A DNA stretch of 64,000 nucleotides, from positions 358,050,001 through 358,114,000 of the forward strand of contig OZ024742.1 in NCBI GenBank assembly GCA_964016885.1, read 5' to 3'. The notes under the pieces were generated by a model, which did not search any database, had not been told where the DNA came from, and saw only the letters and a program-made list of their open reading frames with translations. Below are positions 38,897 to 51,793 of this stretch, piece by piece; position 1 is the stretch's first letter; each line of letters starts with the position of its first letter. A program made the position numbers and the translations under genes. The DNA comes from Eledone cirrhosa (taxonomy: Eukaryota).

Positions 38897-39160
38897 AAAT
38901 ATTTCCTATCGCCAAAGAAATACAATTTTAGGAAGCCGTAGCTATGCAAACACCAGGGGAGCTAACACCCTCTGGTGATGTCCAGCAGAAGCAAGGGGAA
39001 CAACCGTCTATGCATTTCAGACTTAACTGGCCTTCGTCAGGACAGTCCCTCCCCCGGTGTTTGCATAGCTACGGCTTCCTAAAACTGTATTTCTTTGGAG
39101 ATACGGAACATTTATACATATTGTATAAAGCTATGCTTGAAGCGAAATCCTATTTCTTTT
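38889..39160 (-). mobile_element. Fold-back hammerhead mini-element (66-bp inverted arms)
   Basis: 38889-38954 vs 39056-39121 inverted with ~5 mismatches; hammerhead between the arms; (TA)n flanks. Confidence 0.8.
39003..39046 (-). ncRNA. Minimal type I hammerhead ribozyme
   Basis: Minus strand ACTGTC CTGACGA AGGC cagttaa GTCT GAAA TGCA TA GACGGT: stem I 6 bp, stem II 4 bp, palindromic stem III (AUGCAU), AUA site. Confidence 0.85.
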
Positions 39161-40842
39161 ATATATATATGTGTGTGTCAGGTCAGGCTTCTGCCTGCTA
39201 CTGGTACGATGTAACCCAGTATATCTTGCTTCATGCTCGAGTGGACAGTGACTGAACTGCCTTCTCCACTAGACCCTGGTCTGGTGAGGTGAGTAAGTGG
39301 AACCCCAGCAGCACAAGAAACAAGAGCTGTAAAAAGGGCAGATGAATTCTTCTGAGTCAATGGCTACCTACCTGAACTATGGGTTAAATACCCTCACCCC
39401 CACAATTGGCAAAGTGTGGTGAGTATGTCTACACCCCTGCCATGACCAAAAGTAAATACAAAGTAGTGGTGATCAACTAGGGAGGAGTTCCTCCAACAGG
39501 AGAGAGAAGGTCTGGATTGGATATATAAATATATATATACATCATCATTTAACGTCTAATTTCCACGCTAGCAAGGGTTAGATATATATATATCACCATG
39601 TGTACTTGGTTTGGAATAGGATCACTATATCTCTGCAAATGTAAGAAGTGACTAAAAAGTGTTAGTGTCAGGATGGGCATCCAACTGTAAAACATTGCCT
39701 CATATTCAACCCATGCGAACATGGAGACGTTCATGTGAAAATGATGAGGATGATGATGTAGTAAATTGTTTGGTGATAGGCAGAGTATCCAACAGTAGGT
39801 TTGCCAAACAATTGGTTTGAAGGACTCTTCAGTCAAAGACATGACAAACTTTCCAGTGTTGGCTATTTATGCAATAAATACACCCAGTATAGTTTGTAAA
39901 ATGATTAATGATAAGAATGGCATCCTATTCTAGAAAACCTGGCAAACAAGGGTACATGAGGACACTTCAGCTGTGCCAAAGACATAACATCTTTCCTACT
40001 TCTGGTGCCATGATAGAGTAGAGCATGAGAACATATGTTTGCAAAATGTAGTGCCCTGGCCCATCTGAGTAGCCCTGCTTGAGTACTGACTCGGTCTGTG
40101 AAGTCAGTACTCATGTAGGGCAAATTAGTAAACTGCATGGAAGACCCTTCTAACTGGGACAATCCTGAACAACCCAGGATGCGTAACATGCAAATGTGTG
40201 TGTCTCTGTGGTTTTTGGCAATGTATTTAAACAGTGGTACGAAGCAGGAAAAATTGTCATTTTAGTAAGAATCCATACAGTACAAATGTTCCATTTTGCT
40301 GTTAGAATTTCAATGAATCAGTTTGACCTATTAGTAATTTGTAACAAATGACAATTTTTCTTGTATCCAATGATGTGCTAAGCTTCCTACATTTCACGTA
40401 TTTGATTTTCTGTACGTTATCTCAGCAAATTCCATCGATTTCAGGTATAAAATCCTATTTTTACATTATCCTATATATTTATGATGTAACATTTTTACAA
40501 AAATTATCATATTTTTATATTTTAATCATTTATATCGAGGATACTATTACATAAATGTTCAACATTTAACATACAGGACACTGGAACCCTTTGAGACAAG
40601 CCAACATACTCACAACATTACTGTGGGTGATGGCGAGGCTAAGGTACTGAAACAACCAGGCAATCTCACGTGCATCATCTGACACCTCAGTAAATTAGCC
40701 GCCAGAAATTTTTACTATTTAGTTTCAATGTTTGCTGTTTTAAGAGATGATATTAATTGTCAGCCATCCAAAAGGTGAAAGAAAATCATTTGTTTCTTCT
40801 TATGATGATTTGTCCAGAATTATCTTGGTTGAGATGCATTAT

Positions 40843-41254
40843 TGTGGATTGGCAGTATCGGCATTATTGCGATGGCGGTGGATTGGCAGTATCGGTAGAG
40901 GTTCGGACGCCATGCTTTGACGCATAGAGTTACGGCCCTTGCCATTCTGAGTTCAAATCCCGCCGAGGTTAACTTTGCCTTTCATCCTTACGGGGTCGAT
41001 AAAATAAAGTACCAGTAGTGTACTGGGTAATTTTCTGGCCGTGTGCCAATGGTAGAAACAATTATTGTGGATTGGCAGTATCGGTAGAGGTTCGGACGCC
41101 ATGCTTTGACGCATAGAGTTACGGCCCTTGCCATTCTGAGTTCAAATCCTGCCAAGGTTAACTTTGCCTTTCATCCTTACGGGATCGATAAAATAAAGTA
41201 CCAGTAATGCACTAGGGTAATTGTGGCCTTGTGCCATAAGTAGAAACAATAATT
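40843..41254 (+). mobile_element. SINE family A head-to-tail dimer preceded by an extra head fragment
   Basis: Two near-identical ~190-bp units joined at AATTATT|GTGGATTGGCAG. Confidence 0.9.
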
Positions 41255-41785
41255 ACATCTATTGATTTAAACCACTTATCTCTATATATACTCGTCGTTT
41301 ACTGTGCATGTTGTGTATGGAGGACCATTTATTTCTCTCTCTCACACACAAGTATTTTTTCACTCAACCATGTTTCGTTAACAATGTTTATCAGAAATAA
41401 AATAAAACTAAATATTGTAAAATAAGAATTCCAAACGTATTCACCTCTATAACTCAATATTTGTTTGATGATATTTTTTCTTTCTTTATGAAACCTGTTA
41501 AGTTTTTTTCACTCAGTTCAGCAAATTAAAAATATAAAAAGACTGCTCTGATGAAGGAAGATACTAATCATACAACCTCTTTTATTTCCCGATCTCACCT
41601 AAGATGTAATCTTTATATATTTACTGTCTACTTCAGGAAGATGTGTTTACAATACTGAACATTTTAGACAAATAAATAAAATAAAAGGAAAACGAAATTT
41701 CATTTAACACTTCAGAACCAGTCTGTTTGATCTGTATTAATTTACTTAAACTTGTCGTGAATAACTACCTACTATGATATGTAAC

Positions 41786-42086
41786 CAGGCCCGGATTTAA
41801 TCTGGGTCAAAGGGGGCAATTTCTCCAGGTCCCCCTGCAATAACGATCCGTACTATGGACGGCTGTAGCCATTTATTTGTGCCTTCAGCTGGGATTTCTA
41901 GTTTTAGGATGGTCAGAATTTGTTTATTTAATACCTGTATGTATAACTTTTCAATTCCAATTACTTGTGTCAAGCTAACTTTGATATGTAAAGTTGGGGG
42001 CCGGGGTGCAGTATATACTATTTCTTATGTGGGGTTCCCCCATACCTGAAGTGTCCTGGGGCCCCCAAGGTCTAAATACAACCCTA
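41786..42086 (+). mobile_element. hAT-like MITE
   Basis: CAGGCCCGGATTTA..TAAATACAACCCT; flanks TATGTAAC/CCTGTAAC resemble an 8-bp TSD. Confidence 0.78.
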
Positions 42087-43719
42087 CCTGTAACACTTGG
42101 TCGAATTGTAATGCCATTTCTTGGACATTTTAAACCTGGCAGAATCAATCAATTTCTTCTAGAGAGAAAGAAAGGTGAGAAAGATATAGAGGAAGAATCG
42201 ACCTGAGTAAATGACTGGTATTTTTTCTTATCGACCTTGAAAGGGTGAAAGGCAAAGTTGATCTCAATGAGATTTTAATTCAGAGCACATCAAGCCGGAG
42301 CGATATTGTGAATCATTCTATCCGATATTCTAGCAACTGAGCACCAAATGCTTTCTTTTCTAGTTTTCAACACCAAATACTCGTAGTAATGTTGCGAGCA
42401 TGTTGGCTTACCTCAAAGTGTTCTGTTGATCTTTATGATGCCATGAGCGGTCGATTGTTGCACTTCGTGATGAATTAATAGTCATTTTCATTTTTATTTT
42501 TGCTTTCACTTTTTGTGTATTATATTTGATAAATGTATATGTATTATATTTGTGAGGTTCCGAGCAATAATATTTTTGCACCAAGTTACCTTATAAACAT
42601 AGTTTTCAAGATGAAAGTAGTCTGGGGAAAGTCAATAAATGTAGAAAGGGGCATGTGTACAAATTCAAAACAAAGAAGCCGGGTGATGAATTATTACAGA
42701 ATCTAACAGGTTCAATTCAAACTAGTTTTTTTATTGTTTGATTTTTTAAAGTGAAATTATCGTTAGAAGTTGGTCCCGACTATTATTGATTTCTTGATTT
42801 ACCCCTACCGCCAAATTTGGAGAGCACCAGACGACACTCCTTCCCCCACCCAACCCTATTTTCAATGGTGTAGCCTCAGATTTATGGTGATACAGATGTT
42901 CTGAAAGCCCGCTACAAGGTTATTGCAAACTTGACTACCCACCTAGAAAATTCTGATTCTGCCCTGTACAAAACTAACCTGGCCAAGCCTGAATGTCAAT
43001 TACACACTTTGTCCCACTGCTGTTTGTGCGCACAAAGAAAAAAGATGCTTGCTCAAAAATTTAACATTAAAAACTAAGTTGTATTATTTTTGTTACCCAT
43101 TTTTTCTTTCTCTTGCTCTGATTGTATATTTCGGTGCATTATATTTGTGAAGTTCCCAGAAATAGTTAATTATATTTATTATATATGTTTATATTTGTGT
43201 TTGTATTTTCATGCTGAAAGAATTGTGAATAAATTGTAATGTCATTTATACAATTATGAATAAACAGCATTAAGCTTACAAACACAAAACAAAAAAGTAG
43301 TATTATGGAAATGAAAGGAAGAAAAAGAAAGAAAAAGAATCAGGCAACGAAAGAAATGGATAGAGGGAGGGATGGTGCAGTGTATCACAAATGCTGAGTG
43401 ATGCTGGTTTAAAATTCTGTGTTAAATCATTCAAATTTAAACATCTTCTTATAACTAAATACCTGTATTTTAAAAATAATTGTAATAAATTGCTAGAAGT
43501 GTTCTGTTATGAAGGAAGGAAGGTACAAATGTTAGGGGTGGATGGGTGGGTAGAAGGAACAGTAGTGATTCACTACAAGAGAAAAACTTAAATGTAAGGA
43601 AACCAGAAAAGACAATCTATTAGATACAAAAGCAAGGAAGACTGCATAGGATTATAATCTAGCAGCCAAATCCTCCTAAAATCAAATCTACTTCATCTTC
43701 TTTTTCTTATTCTTGAGGT

Positions 43720-44160
43720 TATGGGGGGAAGAGTCTTCAAACACTCCATCTAACAGGTCCTGTCAGAAGCAACCATCTCCAACTCATCTGGTTGGATCCC
43801 CAAGCAAGACCATTGATGTTAACCAATCATCTTGCTCAGGGTCTACCCCTGGGTCACTTGCTGGCTGGTTTTTGCCTGTAAAATCTGTCCAGCAATTCTT
43901 TCCTTAGACATTCTAACCACATGCCTATAGTATTGGAGCTGTTACCTCTTAATTTGGAGAAGTGGTGTCTCTACCTGGAGCTACTCTCTGATCTAGGCAC
44001 TCTATCAAGTAACGTTACTCCAAATAACCTTCAGAGGCAACCCATTTCAGCCATTTGTATTCGTGATCACATTCTTTCAATCATTACCTAAGATTCATGA
44101 CCATGGGTAACGGTTGGCACAAATACCAAATTGAAAATAACGAGTTTGGTTTTAAACCTA
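43720..44160 (-). mobile_element. Decayed RTE LINE fragment
   Basis: Reverse complement similar to 19290-19640; includes FVPTVTHGHES-like motif. Confidence 0.65.
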
Positions 44161-45731
44161 CCTCTCTTCTTAATTTTTTGAATTATAAGTTCATTGGATT
44201 ACATAGTTTTAGATATACAAATTAAATGGGTGGTCATGTCTGGGGAGTATTAAATAAGTCCTGGGGTGTATTAAATGATGACAATCTATCTTTGTCATTT
44301 AGAAAATCACAGGGTTAGGATTGTTTACCACAAATCTTAAACAGCTTGTGACTAATATATTATTTATTCAGAAATGTGGAAACCTTTTTATGGAGACCCA
44401 TTAATATTTAGTATCCAAATCAATTAGAAAGATTCAGAAATTACGATTGAACATTTTTTTTTTTCCAAAATATTGCATGTATATTTTTGTAAAATTATAT
44501 ATTCTAAAAAAAAAAATGTTCTTTTAAATTAAATATGTTTATACTTTCAATCATTCAATTTACAGAATTTTGAACTAATTATTTTTCTCTACATTTTTAT
44601 GAGTTTGTACTTCATGTCTGAATAGCTGAAGGCTAGTGAGATCTTTATGAGAATACATTTATTAATATTTCTGTAATTAAAGTATTATTTGATAATATTG
44701 GAGGAAGAAAATTGTGTTAGTTGATTGTTTAAAAAATAGTGTAACTTATAAATGGCTGCCAACAAATTACTCCATATGATTATATGTAATATAAATTTTT
44801 CATTCTTAACTGATATTATTATAATATTCACATATTTTATTTAGTACTTCTCAATTTATTATAATATTCATATTTAATTTACCTTTATGGTAATTAAAAA
44901 GGAATGAAAAATTCATGTTTCTATTTTCTTTTTGCCATTTTTGATATTTGGCTAGAATATTCAATAAGAACCAATTTATATCATTAATAACACGTGTATC
45001 CATGTTGTCAAAAATGACTACAATTATAGAAATTATAGAGAATGTATTCCAATAAGAAAAAACAAAGTTTTTTTTTCCACAATTTTTACTAAAAATATAG
45101 ATTATATTGTGTTACTTAACCTCTTTGACCAATTCATTAGTCATTCATCAACTCTTGATTTGTTTTATAACAGCCAACCTTTCTCACACTGCCTCCTTAG
45201 TGTGACAGCAAATATATACACAAAGCTCATTGTTGTATGCAGATGAGATATTTTGTAAATATTTCTGTCAGCAAATTTATAAATAAATATATTATTTATT
45301 ATAGTTTTTTAAAATCATTTCTTTTAAATTAAAATTTTGGAATTCAGATTGCATATGTTTTATTCATATTTTCCTTCAAATACAAATGGTACAAAATGAG
45401 ATATCACATTAAATTTACAAGAATTCTGATGTTTTATTGACTTAGTCATGCAAGGGAATTTCAATGTGGTCATTTGACATATTTAATATTTAATCTAGCA
45501 GCCAAACCTACTTTTATTTTTGTTTTTTTTTTGTTTTCAAACAGTTTTATGAAGGTGGTGATGTGGCAGCTATTAAAGTGTCAGACTAAAAATGCCTTGG
45601 TATTTGTGTTCTGGCTCACTGCAGTCTGAGTTCAAACCTGCCATGGCACAACACTTCTCTCTCTCTCTCTCTACCTTGGAAGAAATTGCCTGTGTTCTGA
45701 CCTGGAGGAAGATGGGCTTTGCCAGGTTTAA

Positions 45732-45951
45732 CCCTTTAGCATTTAAACCAGCCGTATCCGGCCAGAATTCTCTCACCTCATTCTGTTTAAACCGGCTGTA
45801 ACTGGACGATCATACTATTGTGATGGTATTGACTCAAAGTAAATGATATCAAAATCCCATAGATTTGATATTATGTGAGATAATTATGTGAGGTAAAGAT
45901 TTTACCGTGAAAATACAGTAGTAAATATAGAGTAATGTAAATGCTAAAGGG
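45732..45951. mobile_element. piggyBac-type MITE (best-preserved copy)
   Basis: TTAA|CCCTTTAGCATTTA..TAAATGCTAAAGGG|TTAA: perfect 14-bp TIR and TTAA TSD. Confidence 0.9.
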
Positions 45952-47581
45952 TTAAAATGCCCCAAACCCACAATATGTCAGGACAGATTCCTTTCCATTG
46001 TACTATGCTTCAGTATTAAATAAACAACAAAATAAATTATGTTGTTGCAAGTTCATATCGTTTCCCAACACAAAGACATTTTTGCCTTCCAATTCTAAGC
46101 AAATTACTACCCTGCACACTCCAAAAATAGTCTATGGAATACCTGAGAGTTGATAAAAAAAACAACTATTTTATTCATAAATCAGTGTGGATTTGAATCT
46201 CACCAAAGGTGCTGTGCTGAACTTTTCAAATAATACCTCTGCTTATTATCGATTCTTATCTCATCTTTGCTGAAGTTGGTAGTGGTTGCCATTTTTATAG
46301 AATATTATAGTTAAAAACAAAATTAGTATGGCTCTAGCATAGCAGATACGTAAATGCATTCGTGAATTTTATATCGAATAATAGTAATATTCAATTCGTT
46401 TGCAAGCAAACAACCTCTCTGTCACTGCTAGAACAAAAGGATGTTGGTGCTTCTCTAAAAAACATAGTGTAATGAGGATGATTGCTTGCAAATGAATCGA
46501 ACTGTATCCATTGATGTACGATAGATTGCACTACATAACCAATACATACATTTTAGTTTCATCTTTTTAGGGTTGATAAAGAAAGTATCAACCCAGTGCT
46601 GGGACAGCCAACTTTCTTTTCAGCTGTCACATGTTGGATGTTCCCTGGATTAAAGGGCTGAGGGCTGAGAGGGTATCAGCTTCTAACTGTTTGGGCACCT
46701 AAAACTTTTAGTGAAAGTGTGCTATATACTACTAAGTCATACTCAATTATGACTGACAGATGTAGTTTCCATTCCATTACATTTTAACATTTGCCTAATT
46801 GTTAACATGTCTCCCTCACCATTCTCCGGGGAAATACCTTCTCTAATCTGTCCACTGGGGCTGCGGGGTAACCAGCACATGGGACCCCCCATTTGCTTAT
46901 AATAGTGAGAGATGGGGAGAGCGAGAGAGATGGAAGCAGTGAGTGGAAGTATTTTATTACATCTTGTTTGGTGCATGACCATGGAAATATTTATAGAACT
47001 GAGATACAGAAGTATCTCAACAATGAGAGGGGAGGGGCTGGAGTTTAGTTTCCAAAATAAAACTAATCATGTTAAAATCTCACTTTTGTATACAGGATTG
47101 ATTCCTCATTGTGAGGTTGTGAGTTTGATTGTTGGGCCAGGCATTGTGTCCTTGAGCAAGATATTTTATTTCATATTGCTCCTTCAGCCAAGAGCTATAA
47201 CCAGTAGATAGTATCAGCATTTGGAAAGACCAATGGAAACATTGTCTCCTTGGGCTGATCTGATGAGTTCCACCCCATTCAATAAGTGAACGAGGTCTGA
47301 AATCTTATCAGTTCAGATCAGATTACCCTTCATAACTTACTAGACATAGAACAAACCAATGATTGACTCTCTACACAGTTGCTTGACTGGATAGAATTAT
47401 CTGTCAAATTCCTTGAAATCCCACTTTAGATATAGAAAAGATTAGGATGTCCATTGGTGGAATACCTGTAATCCTGTGTCTGTTACACCTGACTTGAAGT
47501 TAAACAACAACTAAACAGAGAGAACACTTCAAATCAATGTTTCAAAGAAGAACCACTCTCAACAATATTAACACATCATGT

Positions 47582-48154
47582 AGGGCAGTGGATTGGCAAA
47601 GTTGTTAGAACATAGGATATAAGGCTTTGTTGTATTTGTGCTAATTTCAAACCTTACCGAGGCCAACTCTACCTTTCATTTTACCAAGGTAAGGTGTTCA
47701 AATAAAGTACCAGTCAAGTACTATGGTTGATATAATCGATTTTCCCTTCTCCTAAATTGTTCACATTGTGTCAAAATTAGAAATGGTGATGGATTGGCAG
47801 TATCAGTAGAGTGCCAGACACCCTGATTTGCAACATAGAGTTACGGCCCTTTATGTCTGAGGTTAAATCCTGCTGATTTTGTCTTTCATTTTTACGGGGG
47901 TCAATAAAATAAAGTACCAGTAATACACTGGGGTCAATTTAATCAACTTTCCTCTTCCCTTCAAATACTGGCCTTATGCCTAAAGTAGAAGCCATTATTC
48001 ATACTTTGCAGCAAAGAGTTACGGCCCTTTATGGCATAAGTTCAAATTCTGTCGAGGTTAACTTTGCCTTTCATCCTTAAAGGGTTGATAAAATAAAGTA
48101 CCAGTAATGCACTGGGTAATTTCTGGCCTTGTGCCAAAAGTAGAAACAATTATT
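47582..48154 (+). mobile_element. SINE family A tandem trimer (diverged units)
   Basis: Three successive AATAAAGTACCAGT-containing units. Confidence 0.8.
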
Positions 48155-48599
48155 AACATGCTCTGATACATATTCACTGATTTTAGCAGAATTATTTGGC
48201 TGTTCTTTTATCAAAATATATTTTTAAAATACTTTCTTTTTTTACATTACTAGAAAATAAAATTTCTTTACCATGACTAACAGTAGGTTGCCAATTAGTA
48301 ATTCTACAAAAAATAATAAAACATTTATATCTCTGCAACTGAGTCCAGCAAAGTATTCACCAAGAAAAAAAATCAAATCCAGTCATCTTTCTGTTCATCC
48401 ATCCATACATATCTGTCTATGTATCTATACACCTCCTACATATATTTAACCTCTGGTTAGCCTTGCTTCTTCAGACCATTTATCATCGCCTTCCAGCTTT
48501 GATTATCACATCTTTTTTCAAAATGGTAGTTATTTCTAGTAGAGCATAAAGTTGTGTTTGATGCATCTTTGTCAGCTTGTGTGTAAGTTAGATATATAA

Positions 48600-48955
48600 T
48601 ATAATTATTTCTACTATGACACAAGGCCAGAAATTACCCAGTACATTACTGGTGCTTTATTTTATCAACCCCATAAGGATGGAAGGCAAAGTTAACCTCG
48701 GCGTATTTGAACTCGGAATGGATAGGGCCATAACTCTGCGTCAAAGCATGGCGTCCGACCCTCTACCAATACTGCCAATCCACCGCCCTGTTAGATATAT
48801 AATTGTTTCTACTTTAGGCACAAGGCCAGCAATTACCCAGTGCATTACTGGTACTTTATTTTATCGAAGCCGTTAGAATGAAAGGCAAAGTCAACCTCGG
48901 CGGGATTTGAACTCAGATCGTAAAGGGACGTAACTATGCTGAAAAGCATGGCGTC
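48600..48955 (-). mobile_element. SINE family A dimer
   Basis: Two units, each preceded by GTTAGATATATAAT. Confidence 0.85.
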
Positions 48956-49254
48956 TAGATATATAATATAATATAATATAAATATATCATCATCATCGTC
49001 GTTTTAACATCCCCGTTCCTTTGCTAGCAAGTGGATGGGTCTATGTAGACCAAGTCCATATTGAAGCAGGGCCATTGATCTCCCAAATGAACCAGGGATC
49101 TATGTCTTGTTTATGTATGGTCTCACATTCCATTGAGTGCTCAGGAGAGGTTGTCATGCCTTTGACATAACTGACGGTCCTCCCAATCCTTTGTTTAGCA
49201 AGATTTTTACAGTTGGATGCTTTTCCTATCCCCAACCATTTTATAGTTATATAT

Positions 49255-49575
49255 AGCTGATGCATATAGACAATATGCCTCCACAACCCCCACTGCAAAG
49301 TGGTCGTGGAGGTGCCATGGCAAAAAAGCACCCAGCCCACACTGTAAAGTGGATGTGTAGGTGCCACGTAAAAAAAAGCACCCAGCACTCACTGTAAATG
49401 AGGTTGGTGTTAGGAAGGGCATCCAGCTGTAGAAATCAAGCCAGAATCAGTTCCAGTTTGAGCAAGACAAGGTCAGCTGACTGGATACTGCCCACAACAG
49501 GAGCACCCGTCTAAGCCATACTAGAATGGAAGAACGGACATAAAATGGTGATGTTGATGATGATGATGATGATGA
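49255..49575 (+). mobile_element. RTE 3' UTR copy
   Basis: Same motif set as 33030-33410. Confidence 0.85.
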
Positions 49576-49663
49576 TATATATATATTTATGAAAGGACAA
49601 CACAATCAACACAGTATATGGAAGGAATATATTAGATTAATGCTTGATATAGCAGGAAGATGC

Positions 49664-49699
49664 TCTTAACGTTTCGGACGCTAGTCCTTCATTAGAAGA
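49664..49699 (-). ncRNA. Minimal hammerhead with core mutation (CUAAUGA)
   Basis: Minus strand TCTT CTAATGA A GGAC tagc GTCC GAAA CGTT AAGA. Confidence 0.65.
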
Positions 49700-49845
49700 A
49701 AGAATAAGAAATTAGATAGATTGAAGGGACGGGTGGGGTGGAATTGGGAAAAATGTCTTTAGATAAAAATAGCAGGTCCATTCATGTTGACATCTGTTAA
49801 GGTAAAACCGAAGTTAGTATTGTAGCATATGTACAAACTTTATAG

Positions 49846-49920
49846 ATATATTACAATTGTTTAGATATCAGAGAGCTCAAAATACAGTCATAATGGCAGG
49901 GTCTGAATCCTCAGATATGC
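49846..49920 (-). ncRNA. Decayed long-stem-II hammerhead
   Basis: Minus strand ATAT CTGAGGA..TAAACAATTGTA ATAT; homologous to 60086-60177. Confidence 0.4.
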
Positions 49921-50204
49921 AAGTTTATATACAAACATGTTAGTGTTTTCTTAAATTTGAAAATGATGTTAATGAGAGTAAACTTCTGGTTTCACCTTAT
50001 TACTTTTACACCGGGGTAACTGTGGTACACATTACTGACAAACTCCTGTCTCCCCTCCTCCACACATGTTATTGTGCATCTGTTACCACATATACACCAA
50101 TTTGTTTACAATTTGCTGTAGATCATTGCTGCGTTCATATCAAAGTGGGGCATAACAACTTTTGTGATATTGAGGTAGAGCATGGTGCAGAAAAGGTTGG
50201 GAAC

Positions 50205-50514
50205 CAAGACCAGATTTAATGGGGAGGCAAAATGGCACTTTCCACAGTCGCCCTGCAGTGGGGGACCCCACCACGATGGCCGTAGCAATTTATTTGTGCC
50301 CTCAGGTGGGCTTTTTAATTTTACGATGTTTGGAATTTTTGAATTTAATACCTGTATGTATAAATTTTCAATTCCAATTATTTGCACAAGCTATTTTTGA
50401 TATGTAAAATTGGGGGCTGGGGGTTTTCTGTGTATTCAATTTGTTGTGTATGAGGGGAGCCCCCAAAACCTGAAGTGCCCCAGCCCTCCCCCCTAAGATC
50501 TAAGTCCAACCTTG
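50205..50514 (+). mobile_element. hAT-like MITE with 8-bp TSD
   Basis: TTGGGAAC|CAAGACCAGATTTA..TAAGTCCAACCTTG|TTGGAAAC. Confidence 0.82.
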
Positions 50515-51227
50515 TTGGAAACTACTACAATAATATTTCTGCAGTGAGTTTGAATCAAAAATGTTTGCACTGACAGCCCAGTAACATACCCACTCGGCTA
50601 TTTCATAGCAATATATTTTCAACATGACACCTAACTGTATATGCTAATGAAGCTTAGCTGATTACTTTGTAAAAACACAGCAGGAGTAATTAAATTAAAC
50701 ACAGAGTAAAGCTATTGGCAGTGGGTCGAAACCTAGGATTTCCCTAGATGAAGTTGAATGAATTTTTTAATTACATCTGTAAATTATTGTAATTAATTTC
50801 ATTAATTGGTGTGTGTCTTTTTAATTAATTATTATTGATTTGTGTTAATTATAAAATTAATTACTTCAGAGAAATAATTCTGTAAATAAATGTCAATAAA
50901 ACATGTTATGGCAACAAAACTTAAAATAATTCCACCTGAATTTACATATTTACTGTTTTCTCATTTGGCTGAGGCCATACTGGGGCACGGACTTCAAAGG
51001 TTTAATCAAGCATACCGACCTTAGTATTTAGTTTTAAGTCATGTACATATTTCATCAATCTACTTTTGTTAAGCAGCTAAGGTGCAGAATGTAATCAAAC
51101 AGCACCAGATGTTAATACAAATACACACTCATTTATACATATATTTGTGTGTACATGCACACACTCACACATATATGCATGTATGTGTATACATATATAT
51201 AAATATATATACATCTGTATATTCATT

Positions 51228-51562
51228 TCATTCATTTCATTTTACGTCCACTTTTCCCTGCTTGCAAGGGTGGGACGGGACTGATTCTGGCTTGATTTCT
51301 ACAGCTGAATGCCCATCCTAACACCAACCTCATTTACAGTGAGTGCTGGGTGCTTTTTTGCCATGGCACCTCCACGACCACTTTGCAGTGGAATGATAGG
51401 GACCCCAGTCCCTATCATCTCATTTCTACAGCTGAGTAAACTGGAGCAATGTGAAATAAAGTGTCTTGCTCAAGGAAACAACACATCACCCGGTCTGAGA
51501 ATTGAACTCACAACCTTTCGGTTGCAAGGCCAATGCTCTAACCACTAAGCCATGAGCCTCCA
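51228..51562 (-). mobile_element. SINE family B
   Basis: Head TGGCTTAGTGGTTAGAGCATTGG..GAGTTCAATTCTC, domain GTTTCCTTGAGCAAGACACTTTATTTCAC, RTE-like tail. Confidence 0.88.
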
Positions 51563-51573
51563 TATATATATAT

Positions 51574-51751
51574 ATAGGAAAAAGTATGACCCCGACGGCA
51601 GAGCTCAAGCCGTTTCGACGGCTATTTATGGACTGAAATAGCCGTCGAAACGGGTTGAGATCTGCCGTCAGGGTCATACTTTTTCCTATTACCCACTCTA
51701 CTACCCTAAATATTGAGTACTCTGGTGCGTTCCTTACCACAACTCCTTCTT

Positions 51752-51752
<1 letters not shown>
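51574..51752 (+). mobile_element. Fold-back mini-element containing the 3' part of a hammerhead
   Basis: 54-bp arms 51574-51627 / 51636-51689 (3 mismatches); stem II, GAAA CGG..CCG TC; ~60-bp extension; (TA)n flanks. Confidence 0.7.

Positions 51753-51793
<41 letters not shown>

Noticed and set aside
38853-38949. N-terminus MHSYGFLKLYFFGDRKYLYIYI of the 713-aa ORF
   Set aside because: Read-through of (TA)n and the inverted arm of the hammerhead element, not RTE sequence
40873-40965. tRNA gene
   Set aside because: A/B boxes belong to a multi-copy SINE head; no cloverleaf
41545-41600. CTGATGAAGGAAG as a hammerhead start
   Set aside because: No matching GAAA/NUH and stem I found downstream
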